Assembly (NCBI RefSeq): GCF_006345805.1
Contig: NC_043014.1
Location: forward strand, 6,634,001-6,698,000
Reading direction: 5' to 3'
DNA from: Octopus sinensis
Taxonomy: Eukaryota
Length of the DNA: 64,000 nucleotides
The position numbers were made by a program, and so were the translations under genes. Positions within the stretch are counted from its first letter, which is position 1. Each line of letters opens with the position of its first letter. This document shows positions 12,695-25,100 of the stretch, piece by piece. The notes beneath the pieces are model-generated. The model ran no database searches. It saw only the letters and a program-made list of their open reading frames with translations, and was not told the origin of the DNA.

Positions 12695-15453
12695 GCTCTC
12701 ATTGCTTTCTGTCGAAGAGCGTAGGCTCGAAACATCAAAAAAAACTTTTCTACGCTTTCCGAATCTGAAACTAATACACCTGCTTTGTCTCACCTATGTT
12801 CGTCTTTTGTTTTCTATAAATTTGAACTATATAAATATATGTGGGACAGGTTTCTTTCAGTTTCCATCTATCAAATCCAATCACAATTCGGCTTGGAGCT
12901 AGAGTAGAAGACTCTAATCAAGGTGCCATGTAGTGGGACTGAACCCGGAACCATGTGGTTTGGAAGTAAACTTCTTACCACACAGTCATGTTATATGTTT
13001 ACATGTAAGACAAGTGTCAACACATCACATATAACAATGAAACAGTATAGTGAATATTGGTTAGAGAAAAGAAACCGGTATGTAAAGATACTTACAATTG
13101 GATATTTGCCTGTCTCTTCTGTTGATTTGTTCAGGGTCTCTTCCAGTTGACATCAGGTGAAAAAGCTCAGCTAAACTGCAAAATAAGATTACAACTATTT
13201 TAATTTAATCAGTGTAAGGATTCTACGCGGACGTTATACCTGCCAAAAATGGTAGCAAATTTAATGAAGGAGCCAGTCCTGATTTGATTAGACTTGGAGC
13301 TCCGAAATACTCGCAGGGCACAATATGTGTACAAATGGTCCTAATACCATGAAACGTGATTCTTAGGTATGCTTAGGTATCGATTAATTAATTATGAGAT
13401 AATCAACTTGCGTAAATAACTAATTTAATAAGACTTTAAGCTCCAGTAATGAATCACATTGAATATTACTCTTTAGACACAAGTGATATTTAAATGAAAA
13501 CTTAAGAAAAAGAAAACGGGTATGGAAAGACAAATTAAGAAGTTTTAATTAGACACTTAATTAGAAATTAAGTAGACTTTCTGCTCCAGCGTCAATTACT
13601 TCGCAGAAATGTTCACTAAACCTAACTGAATCTATTCATGTCACTTAAGAACCATTTTAGGTATGCTTTGCCAGTATTTTTGGCACTTCAAGTCTAATCA
13701 AATCAGGACTGGCTCTCGGTCTAATTCTGCAACGAATTCCAACTTGGTGTCTTATGAAAAAGAAAAAAAAAGTAAACTGGAAATGATAAGAGAGTCGCTG
13801 TAGGGATATCTTTGATTATAAATGTTTGCTTGATCAGGCCTAAGTTGGGGTCAACGATAACAATGGGGATGACAAGATTAATATAAACCGAGATGACAAT
13901 GAATTTCAACTAATTAACATCTGTTGTTCGACTTTGACTAATTAACGTCAGTTGTTCGATTTCGACCAATTAATGTCATTTGTTCGATTTCGACCAGTTA
14001 GTGTCAGTTGTTCTATCAACTAGATGACCTACTCCCTAAATTTATGTACAAAGGGGCTGAGTATTCCATGGACAGTACACCATTAAAGTAATTTTCAAGT
14101 AGAGTCAGTGTATGACAGTCTGACAAGGCTGGGTCTTTCAGCTACAAGATACAGTCCATTTGACAGACTTCCACACAGTTTCCGTCTGTCTAAGTTCACT
14201 GACAATGTTTAACCCGACCCGAAGCTACGAAAAAAGACATTTTCCCAAGATGCTACACAGTGGAATTGAACTTGGGATCAGATGGTTTTGAAGTGAATCT
14301 CCTAACCATCCAGCCATACCTTTTACTCAATGTATCACAAGGTCCAGTCCTTGTTATGGTGTGGTGTCTTGGGTGCCACAGTGACCATGAGAGTTATATC
14401 AGCGGAGTATAAGCTACTGAGCAGTTCAAAGGGTAGAAGCCAAACTAATATAAACCACCTCTTCTCAGATATAAAAATGGGTTTGCAGAAGGCAATGGTC
14501 CTACCTATGAAAAAAGTAAAATTAAAGAAGCATTGATGGGAATTCAAAGTAGCATGAACTGGGAGAAGAAGGCCTTTGCTCAAAGAAACATATGATGCGA
14601 TACAGCAAAATAAACTAGCATCCTGCGCTTCATATCAAGTACTGACCTGAAACCCACAGAGAAGGCAGAGAAAGTAGGTACAGGTGGGATACTGAGGCAA
14701 AACTGGAAAAACAGGGATCCCAACATGAGGGAAGAAAATACAGTCCAGAGTCGAAAAGTCATCGATGGTCAATGCTCACTAGCGTAGCTAGGGGTGGGAG
14801 AGCAGTAGAGGCAGTCCGACCCAGGTGGCACTTTTCATCCTGCCATAGGTTATTGCTAGAGGCAATATATCTTTTTTGTGGGGTACAGGGGAGGCAAACG
14901 AAAGGGCTGCGCCGGGCGGCACACACTCTAGCTATGCTAGTGACTATGCGCCATAGGAAGCGAAGAGCATAGCTTACAACACTACAAAAGGAGAAGCAAA
15001 AACTGAAAAGACATACGTATACACACACACACATATATATACATATATATACATATATATATATATATATACAAAGCTGAAGTTGTCTGTGTGTGGTAGG
15101 TTTGGTAGCCTTCAACTAACACCATCTCCTCCGAGACCCTGCAGTGCAAGTTGACCAAAATGATAGAAGAAGGCTTGCTCTTCATTCCGTAGAAGACAAA
15201 AATCAAATTGGACCATGTTAACATCAAAAATTATTTACATCAAAAAGGTGCTTTTTTTCTATGAAAATCCCTATTTTTTACGATTTTTTTACTGCTGTGT
15301 CGCCATTTTTCGGTGTATTTCAACCAGAAAAATGTTCACTTAAAGAGAATAACAAGCTACATAATGCAAAATTTTTACTTTTCAAAAATTCCAATTCTAA
15401 AGGGTCGAAACGAACCCGAGCAACGCCAGGCAATACTGCTAGTATATACATAT

Positions 15454-15485
<32 letters not shown>

Positions 15486-15800
15486 TTCAGTTACATATAT
15501 AGATATCGCCGCATTATCATTATATATGTGAGCGTGCGTGTGTGTCCGCGTGTATGTATGTATATGTACATGTAAGAGACAAGGAGAGAGAGCAACTGTT
15601 TGTATTGTCCAGTTTGCATAAAGAATGAAATTACCTGATAGGATTTGCGAACCGTAGGGTCTCTATTGATAGGGTCAACAAAGCTTGGACTATGTCCCCA
15701 TAGGTACACTTGATTTGTTTCATGTGTAGGACCATTTCTTGATTCTTCACCGGATCCAAGGTTGAGCTCAACTGTAAGATTAATAAATATATGGACAGTG

Positions 15801-15873
<73 letters not shown>

Positions 15874-16718
15874 TAAGAGAGAGAGATAATGGTGACATTG
15901 AGACCCAAAGGTGTCAGGTAATGCTGAATAAGTGCTATAGACAGACCATAGTTAAGTTCCAGATTCAGTAATATTGCGAATAAAGGGTTCAACGTTGGTT
16001 CTATGTCAGCGTGTATATAAAAAATTTTTGCGAAGTAAGATTAAAAAAACCAAGGCTGTGTAGATATTAGACCATCTATAGATAGAAGGTCTTACAGCTA
16101 TAAATGCTCTAATATCTACACAGCCTTGGTTTTTTATTTTATTACGCAAAAAATTCTTATAAATAAATATATATATATACAATTTTCAACTCTAATATGT
16201 ACCATAATATCAGCGGTTTACAGTAATATCAGTGCCAAGCAGTGCTTAGGCATAAGTGAACTTTAGGTTAGTTAAAATATGTTTGTGACATATTTTAACT
16301 TTTAAAAGACAAATTCACGGTAGTTGCTATGGAGAAAAATTTCTCTACTTGGCGCTGATATTACGGTAATTTCCACAACCTCAGTGGTTTACTGGTGCAA
16401 ATCAGTCAATGGTGTTGACTGTATTTTAGTTAAAGACATGGCTTTGATAAGGTCTGTTGAGAGTTGCCTCTCTTAGGCATTTCCCATTGACAAATGGCTA
16501 AAGAGCTAGAAACATCAATATTTGGGTATCCGATAGGAGGCGACACTGGATAGATATGGTGTTTTACACCTTTTTAACATAAGAGAGAATTTTTCACCAC
16601 GTAAGTGAATTTGCCTTTTAGCAGTTGAAATATGTTGCAAATATTAAGTAACATAAAAGTCGCTTTCGCCTAAACACTGCTTGACGCTAGTGTTATGGTT
16701 ATAGATAGAGAGACAGAC

Positions 16719-16749
<31 letters not shown>

Positions 16750-16936
16750 AGCAGACAGACAGACGGACGGACGGTCAGACAGACAGACAGACAGATAGAT
16801 AGATAGATAGATAGATAGACAGACAGACAAACGGACGGACGGTAAGACAGACAGACAGATAGATAGATAGACAGACAGACAGACAAATGGACGGACGGAC
16901 CGACGGTCATGCAGACAGACAGACAGATAGATAGAA

Positions 16937-16969
<33 letters not shown>

Positions 16970-19900
16970 AACGGACGGACGGTCAGGCAAGCAGACAGAC
17001 AGACAGATAGATATACATACATATATATGTATGTATGTATATGGATCATAAATCTTACTGATATTTCAAAAATTTCCACAGCTAAAATATGAACATCGTT
17101 GTCTATATAATCATTACATACATACAATTAAGTATAATGAAGAAGAAGAAGAAGAGAAGAAGAAGAAGAAGAAGAAGAAGAAGAAAAAGAAAAAGAACAA
17201 CAATAACAACAACATCATCATCATCATCGTCGTCATCAATAACAACAGACAAAAGATAACAAAAGAATTGTTTATAAAAACGGTGAGTCTCAGTGTGCGC
17301 AGACAGGCAAAGACCTCACAGATGGGATAAAGGTTTAATTTAAGAACTGGAAGACTTACATGAGATTTCCGGGACCGACAGCGGTAGCAAATATCATCGT
17401 ACAAGTTTTGAATGGAAGAAGAGGACTTTTGCGAAGATTTTTCAAAAAGTCTATATATATATAAAGAAAAAATAAATAAAATTAAAACTAAGATATATAG
17501 AGTCAAGACTATTGAAAAGGTTGCAAGACGCAATTTTAGGTAAATATAAATAAGAAAAAAAAGTGGAAATTTTACCGGTGAGTGTGTTACATTATAAGGC
17601 ACAAAAAGAAAATGACTCTCCCCAGACACAACAGAATATGCTTCAACACACAAACTCACATAAAGAATCTTGCAAAGCAAATCTCAAAACGAAATATATA
17701 TACATACATACACACACACACACACTTACAGACAATTTCGAGTTAACTAAACACTTTAAAACTTCGTATACTGGTAGAATGTGTCAAAATAAAACATTTT
17801 TTTCTCTTGGCTTTCTTGAGAAAATTGTAATTTGTTTGTTTAACGTAGTTTAATTTTTCGAATTTTAACCAATCCTATGCTCTCTTTTGAGCTAAAATCA
17901 TTTGCTGCGTCTAAAACTGAGACAACATCCTGTAACTAACCCTAAACCTCCCCCTAACCCTAACCCTAAATTTTTTTTTCTTAATTGTTAAATTAATTAA
18001 TTGTTACGCGCGTAAAAAAACTAAAGCATGGAATTAAATTAATTTAACAATTAGAAAAAAAAATAGGGTTAGAGTTAGGGGGGAGGTAGGTTTAGTTACA
18101 GGAGTTTGTCTCAGTTTTAGACGCAGCAAATGATTTTAGTTGAATGGAGGTAATCGATTGGTTAAAATTGCCGAAATGCTCGTATTTTCAGACAAAATAT
18201 CTTACAAACTATAGAATTTTCTCAATAAAACCAGGAGAAAATGATGTTTTATAAACACATTCTACCAGTATACGAAGTTTAAAAGTGTTTAGTTAACTAG
18301 AAATTGTGTTGACATGTGCCGTTCAAAAGGAAAAGATCCAAGTGGTGTAGTTACCTATCGAGTTCACAAGTGTCAACTTCTGTTTCCGCCAATGTATTCC
18401 AGACAACACTTTTGGAATTATTGTTGTCTGCAAAAAAAAAAAAAAAAAAAAAATCAACAACAATAATAATAATGATGACAATTGGAAAAATGCTTTTATG
18501 GTTACTAAGGACGACGACGACGGTGACGACAAGAAGAATAACATCAAAAAATGTGCAACAACAGGTTTAATAAACCTTGCTGGTAACGGACTGAAGAAAT
18601 GCTTTGTAATGTAACGTGTAATGTTGCTCTGACACAGGGGCTTGGAAACATGAGTCAGCAACAAAATTTTAGATTCTGGGCCAATAGGTGACCCGCCCTC
18701 ATAGAATTAAATAGTAGCAATTTTTTTCACATTAGTTGTACGATACGGTCATAGAAAGAGAAGGATACAATGGCCGTAGTGTAAATAATATAACGTATTT
18801 GATCTTTGCATTGTTCGATCACAGGTTATTTATATCATGCTCTATATTGCATGTAGGTCATGCTTTATACACACACACAGAAACATATATCGGTGCTTCG
18901 TTGTACCATTCATTTACTTTTATGTATAATTTTACCCTCACAGGCTATCCTTTACTGGAAAGCAATACTCTCGTATTGCATTACTATTTTCATTGAAACT
19001 TCTTCACTGTTCTCGTTCTGTTAACATTTTGGCCTTCAGACGAGTGTACTGGCATAGATGTGGCAACATTTGAAATATTGTCGAGGTATATGCAGCTGAT
19101 GAAGATAAATCAAATATACGTTTGGCAATCGTATTTTGAAGAATCCGAAACCGGTACTGCATTATCCATTATCTAGGTTTTTCATTTTTCAGATGTTCTT
19201 CCTAGAGGTAAGACAATTTTTTTCATGTTTGTTGCACACACGCATCTTTGCTAGTACATACGCAGTGAAGCTATACATTAGTGTCGTATTTATTACGTTC
19301 GCTATTTTCCAGTAAATATCAGTACTTCGTTGTACCATTTATTTACTTTTATATATATATATATATATATATATTATATTAAATTAGAGACAAAACCACT
19401 ATTATGCAAATCAAACAAAGAAAGACTTAAGCCAATACATAAAATAATTTATATAAATTTAGAAATTTAACAATTATAAATAACCACTACGATCGTTTCA
19501 TGTCTTATTTCAGCACATCTTTGAGACATTCTTCAGGTGGTTTCAAAACCTAAAATATAATCAATATTTTTAAGATATAAATAATCTATATAATCTAAAT
19601 AAAAATTTACTTATAATAAACTCTATTATTAAATATGATTATATTGATTATATATATTATTATATATATATATATATATGATTATATATATATATATATA
19701 TATGTATGTATAAGAGTGTAGTATATTGCTTATAGAAATACATATTGAATACATATTTTTTCAGCATTATCATTATCATCATCATCGTCGTCGTCGTCAC
19801 AACCCTCGCACTCAACAAAGCAACAGCAGTAGCCATAGCAGCAGCGATTTCTGCATAATTAGCAATTCACGTTACCTGGATTTGTAACAACTTTTTGCCA

Positions 19901-21800
19901 AGGAAGCTGCACCAGTTTCACTTTGGCGGAGTGCATCGGTTTACTGGAGTCGCCTCCCTTGACCAGCTGGTCCGTGCGAGGAGGAAGAGGCGGTGGAGGC
20001 GTGGGTGTAGTCGTATGGGAAACGCCGTAACCGGGAGCAACCTCACCATCAACCATTGCATCGTTCGCTGTAGAAAGATGGAGAGAAAGGGAGAAACAAA
20101 GAGATAAAATGATAAAAATACATATACAAAGAAATACATAAATATATATAGGCGCCGGAGTGGCTGTGTGGTAAGTAGCTTGCTTATCAACCACATGGTT
20201 CCGGGTTCAGTCCCACTGCGTGGCACCTTGGACAAGTGTCTTCTACTAAAGCCTCGGGCCGACCAAAGCCTTGTGAGTGGATTTGGTAGACGGAAACTGA
20301 AAGAAGCCCATCGTATATATCTCTTTCTCTTTTCTCTTTTTTACTTGTTTCAGTCATTTGACTGCGGCCATGCTGGAGCACTGCCTTTAGTCGAGCAAAT
20401 CGACCCCGGGACTTATTCTTTGTAAGCCCAGTACTTATTCTATCGGTCTCTTTTGCCGAACCGCTAAGTGACGGGGACGTAAACACACCAGCATCGGTTG
20501 TCAAGCAATGCTAGGGGGACAAACACAGACACACAAACAGACACACATATATATATACGACAGGCTTCTTTCAGTTTCCATCTACCAAATCCACTCACAA
20601 GGCATTGATCGGCCCAGAGCTGAACCTGGAACCATGTGGTTGGTTAGCAAGCTACTTACCACACAGCCACACCTGCGCCTAACATATGTATATGTTAGTT
20701 AGTTAGTTAGTTAATTTTTTGGCTCAAAAAGCAAAAAGCAAGGCCATATAGGGGGACATGGAGTTATGTACAGGGTGGTGTTCATGTAAAGAGTTCAGGC
20801 CACTTGTGGTCAAGGGAGACTTTAAACCGAGCGGTCGTCGGCATCTTCACCATCTCGTCCGGCAGCTTATTCCTTGGATCCGCAACCCGGACGGAGAAAG
20901 CCCCTCTCCTTCGATTGAGATGAAATCGTGACAGATAGAGCTTTTCGTGTGTGTGTTTGTGTGTCCGTGTTTGTCCCCCTAGCATTGCTTGACAACCAAT
21001 GCTGGTGTGTTTATGTCCCCGTCACTTAGCGGTTCTGCAAAAGAGACCGATAGAATAAGTACTGGGCTTACAAAGAATAAGTCCTGGGGTCGAGTTGCTC
21101 GATTAAAGGCGGTGCTCCAGCATGGCCGCAGTCAAATGACTGAAACAAGTAAAAGAGTAAAAGAGTATATTGTGATATTTGGGGGTGGTCATATTTGGGT
21201 TTTTTTTTTTTGCTAATTAACCACCCTTTGAAATTATCAATGTCCTAAGTGTGAAACAGCAGCAAGATATGGCAAATGAATGCCTTTATTGAGACCTGCT
21301 GAAGGCTAGTGAGAAGATTAGGTTAAAGACGGCTGTGTATATCTGGTCACTGTGCACCGGAAGCATCCAGTGACTCTCTGGTCACTGCACCACCCTGCAC
21401 TGGATGCACCCAAATTAAGGTAAGGTAAAATTACATTGTCGAGTCATGCCGACGCCAACTCATAAGGGCCGGTTTCCCGGTTTCCATGGCGCATAAATTC
21501 TTGGGTGGATGGGTGGATGGGTGGATAGATGGATGGATGGGTGGATGGATGGATGGATATTCTGCGTATAGAATACCCTTCGTAGTATCCAAGAGATTTA
21601 ACCCTGAGCAGGTAGAGGGGTAAATGAAAGGACAAGCAAACTTAGACAAGTCAATATTCAAAAAATATTAAATATTTTTAATACAAAAAAAGTGTACATA
21701 TGTTAACATATACAAGTGTCCGACATACACAAAACAGAATTTTTTTCCCTTATCCTTAATTGTTTTATGACCTCTCCTTACTTACCACAACACATAGCCT

Positions 21801-21874
<74 letters not shown>

Positions 21875-21992
21875 GACGATGATGACGATGATGATGGTGG
21901 TGATGACGACGATGATTATGGTGATGATGGTGGTGGTGGTAGTGGTGGTGGTTGTGATGATGATGATGATGATAATGGTGATGATGACGATG

Positions 21993-22024
<32 letters not shown>

Positions 22025-22100
22025 GATTATGGTGATGATGGTGGTGGTGATGATGATTATGGTGATGATGGTGGTGGTGATGATGATTATGGTGATGATG

Positions 22101-22132
<32 letters not shown>

Positions 22133-25100
22133 GATTATGGTGATGATGATGATGATTATGGTGATGATGGTGGTGGTGATGATGATTATGGTGATGATGG
22201 TGGTGGTGGTAGTGGTGGTGGTTGTGATGATGATGATGATGATAATGGTGATGATGACGATGATGACGATGATGATGATGGTGATGATGATGATGATGAT
22301 GGTGATGATGGTGATGATGGTGGTGGTGATGATGATTATGGTGATGGTGATGATGGTGATGATGGTGGTGGTGATGATGATTATGGTGATGATGGTGGTG
22401 GTGATGATGATGATGATGATGGTGATGATGGTGATGATGACATTTGAACGCACATAGCGGTGCCCTATGCATGGTCACAACTTAAGTTAATCTTGAAATA
22501 ACCTTCCTGCAGGGTGCATTGTGATATTGGCTCATAAAGTCCTTTAAAGGACCAGGCAGGAGTCAAATATACAGTTATGGCTTCACAGCCCGGGGCCCTC
22601 GGTATGGAGCCAAGGCAGTAAGAGTAGGACATGTTATGAAGTCATGGTATAGACAGACTTGAAGGCGGCGAGCTGGCAGAAACGTTAGCACGCCGGGCGA
22701 AATGCTTTGCGGTATTTCGTCTGCCGTTACGTTCTGAGTTCAAATTCCGCCGAGGTCGACTTTGCCTTTCATCCTTTCTGGGTCGATAAATAAAGTAATA
22801 AATAAATAAAACATATGCATATATACATACATATATGTACGTACCCACATTTACATGTATATATACATGCATATATGGTACCAGTTACGCACTGGGGTCG
22901 ATATAATCGACTTAATCCCTTTGTCTGTCCTTGTTTCTCCTCTGTGTTTAGCCCCTTGTGGGTAGTAAAGAAATAGTTATTTCGTCTGCCGCTACGTTCT
23001 GAGTTCAAATTCCGCCGAGGTCGACTTTGCCTTTCATCCTTCCGGGGTTGATAAATTAAGTACCAGTTACGCACTGGGGTCGATTTAATCAACTTAATCC
23101 GTTTGTCTGTCCTTGTTTGTCCCCTCTGTGTTTAGCCCCTTGTGGGTAGTAAAAAATAGATATATACAGACTCACCTTGCAGTGCATGTCGCATGGCAGT
23201 ATTTTGTAAGTGCATCGACGGATGTTGCTGCAGCTGCAGCTGTTGTTGTTGTTGTTGTTGCTGCTGCTGCTGCTGCTGAAGAGCTTTCCCCGGAAGTACT
23301 CCGTAGGTAACAGATTTGTTACTCGAGTTCTCCAGCATCTCGGCAATGTTGTGCAGCTCATGCATTTTCGTCATGAGTTTACTGATTCGATCCTCATAAG
23401 TCCGCAGCACGCGCTGGTGTTCCCTCTTCATCCGGTTCATCTCCTCCATCAGCTGCTTCTCGTTGTCCGAATACGAAGAACAGGGGTCAGCACATCCCCA
23501 ATTTTTCATCCCACTCTGACTTTGGTTGCCGTTCATAACAGCCTCGAAACAGCTGTTACCAATATTTTTGTTGTTGTTGTTGTTGTTGTGATCGTTGTTT
23601 TTACTGTGGTGAGGATTGTGGGGATGGTGGGGATGGTTTGTGAAAGCAGTGGTGGTGGTGGTGGTTGTGGTGGTAGTAGCGGTGGTGGTAGTATTTGCGT
23701 TGGCGATCGTGGTGTTAGCATGAATGCTGTGGTTGTTGCAAATGTTATGTTTTTTGTAAGCCGTTAACTCACAATCATCGACACAGGCACGGAATACCTG
23801 AAATAAATAAATAAATAAATAAAAGAAGAAAAGGAAGAACAACAACAACAAGTACAAGAAGAAGAACAACAACAAGTACAAGAAGAAGAACAACAACAAG
23901 TACAAGAAGAAGAACAAGTACAAGAAGAAGAACAACAACAAGAAGTACAAGAAGAACAAGAAGAACAAGAAGAAGGAGAAGAAGAAGAAAAAGAAGAAGC
24001 ACAAGAAGAAGGAGAAGGAGGAGGAGGAGAAGAAGAAAAAGAAGAAGCACAAGAAGAAGGAGAAGGAGGAGGAGGAGAAGAAGAAGAAGAAGAAGCACAA
24101 GAAGAAGAAGAAGCACAAGAAGAAGAAGAAGAAGAAGAAGAAGAAGAAGAAGAAGCACAAGAAGAAGAAGAAGAAGAAGAAAAAGAAGAAGAAGAAGAAG
24201 AAGAAGAACAACAACAACAACAACAACACCATCAACAACATTAATAATAATCCATTCTACTAAAGGCACAAGGCCAGAAATTTGGGGGAGGGGTATAGTT
24301 GATTGCATTGACCCAAGTGCATAACTGGTATTTATTTTATTGACCCCGAGAGGATGAAAGGCAAAGTCGACTTTCACGGAGTTTGAACTTAAAGATGGAC
24401 CAAATACCTATTTCTTTATTACCCACAAGGGGCTAAACACAGAGGGGACGAACAAGGACAAACATAGGTATTAAGTCGATTACATCGACCCCAGTTCGTA
24501 ACTGGTATTTAATTTATCGACCCCAAAAGGATGAAAGGCAAAGTTGACCTCGGCGGAATTTGAACTCACAACGTAACGCAGACGAAATACCGCTAATCAT
24601 TTCGCCCAGCTTGCTAACGTTTCTGCCAGCTCGCCATCTTTTCATGGCTTCTAATCTTAACTGATTGGAAGTGTTATTATGTACATTGTTTTGTCTTGGT
24701 ATAAAAGATGGGCTACAGCAAATATTCTGCTCAATACCACAGACTTGCTTGTCAGTTGTTTGACCTTAACCAGTTGATTATGTCCCTTGGTGACTGACAA
24801 TATTCAACACCCAAAAGGTCCGGTCTAAAAGTAGAAACGGTGGAACTGATCCTCGCTGCACAAGATTAATGTGTTAATAATGTTATCACAAGCACAAAGA
24901 CATACTCTTTCTTTTCCATTTCTCTTCTGCAGCTACTTCGATGGCCGCTGCTCTTCGAGACTAACAAGCTACTTAACATAATAATAAAATCTAGGAAAGG
25001 ATGAAGACAAACCAACGTACGGAAAAGAGGAAAAATCTCACAATCAATGTGGACACAGTCAACCCCCAATATCATTTATCAACCAGAAATTATTACAGTT

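Noticed and set aside
17935-18090. Interstitial telomere (TAACCC/GGGTTA)
   Set aside because: Only 2-3 imperfect units, forming part of the foldback arms.
21716-22478. Long poly-Asp/Gly, poly-His, poly-Met/Val and poly-Ile ORFs
   Set aside because: Stop-free translations of a (GAT/GGT)n microsatellite in several frames; no splice or domain support. The same applies to the repeat-derived ORFs at 23775-24377, 45825-46511 and 50463-51470.
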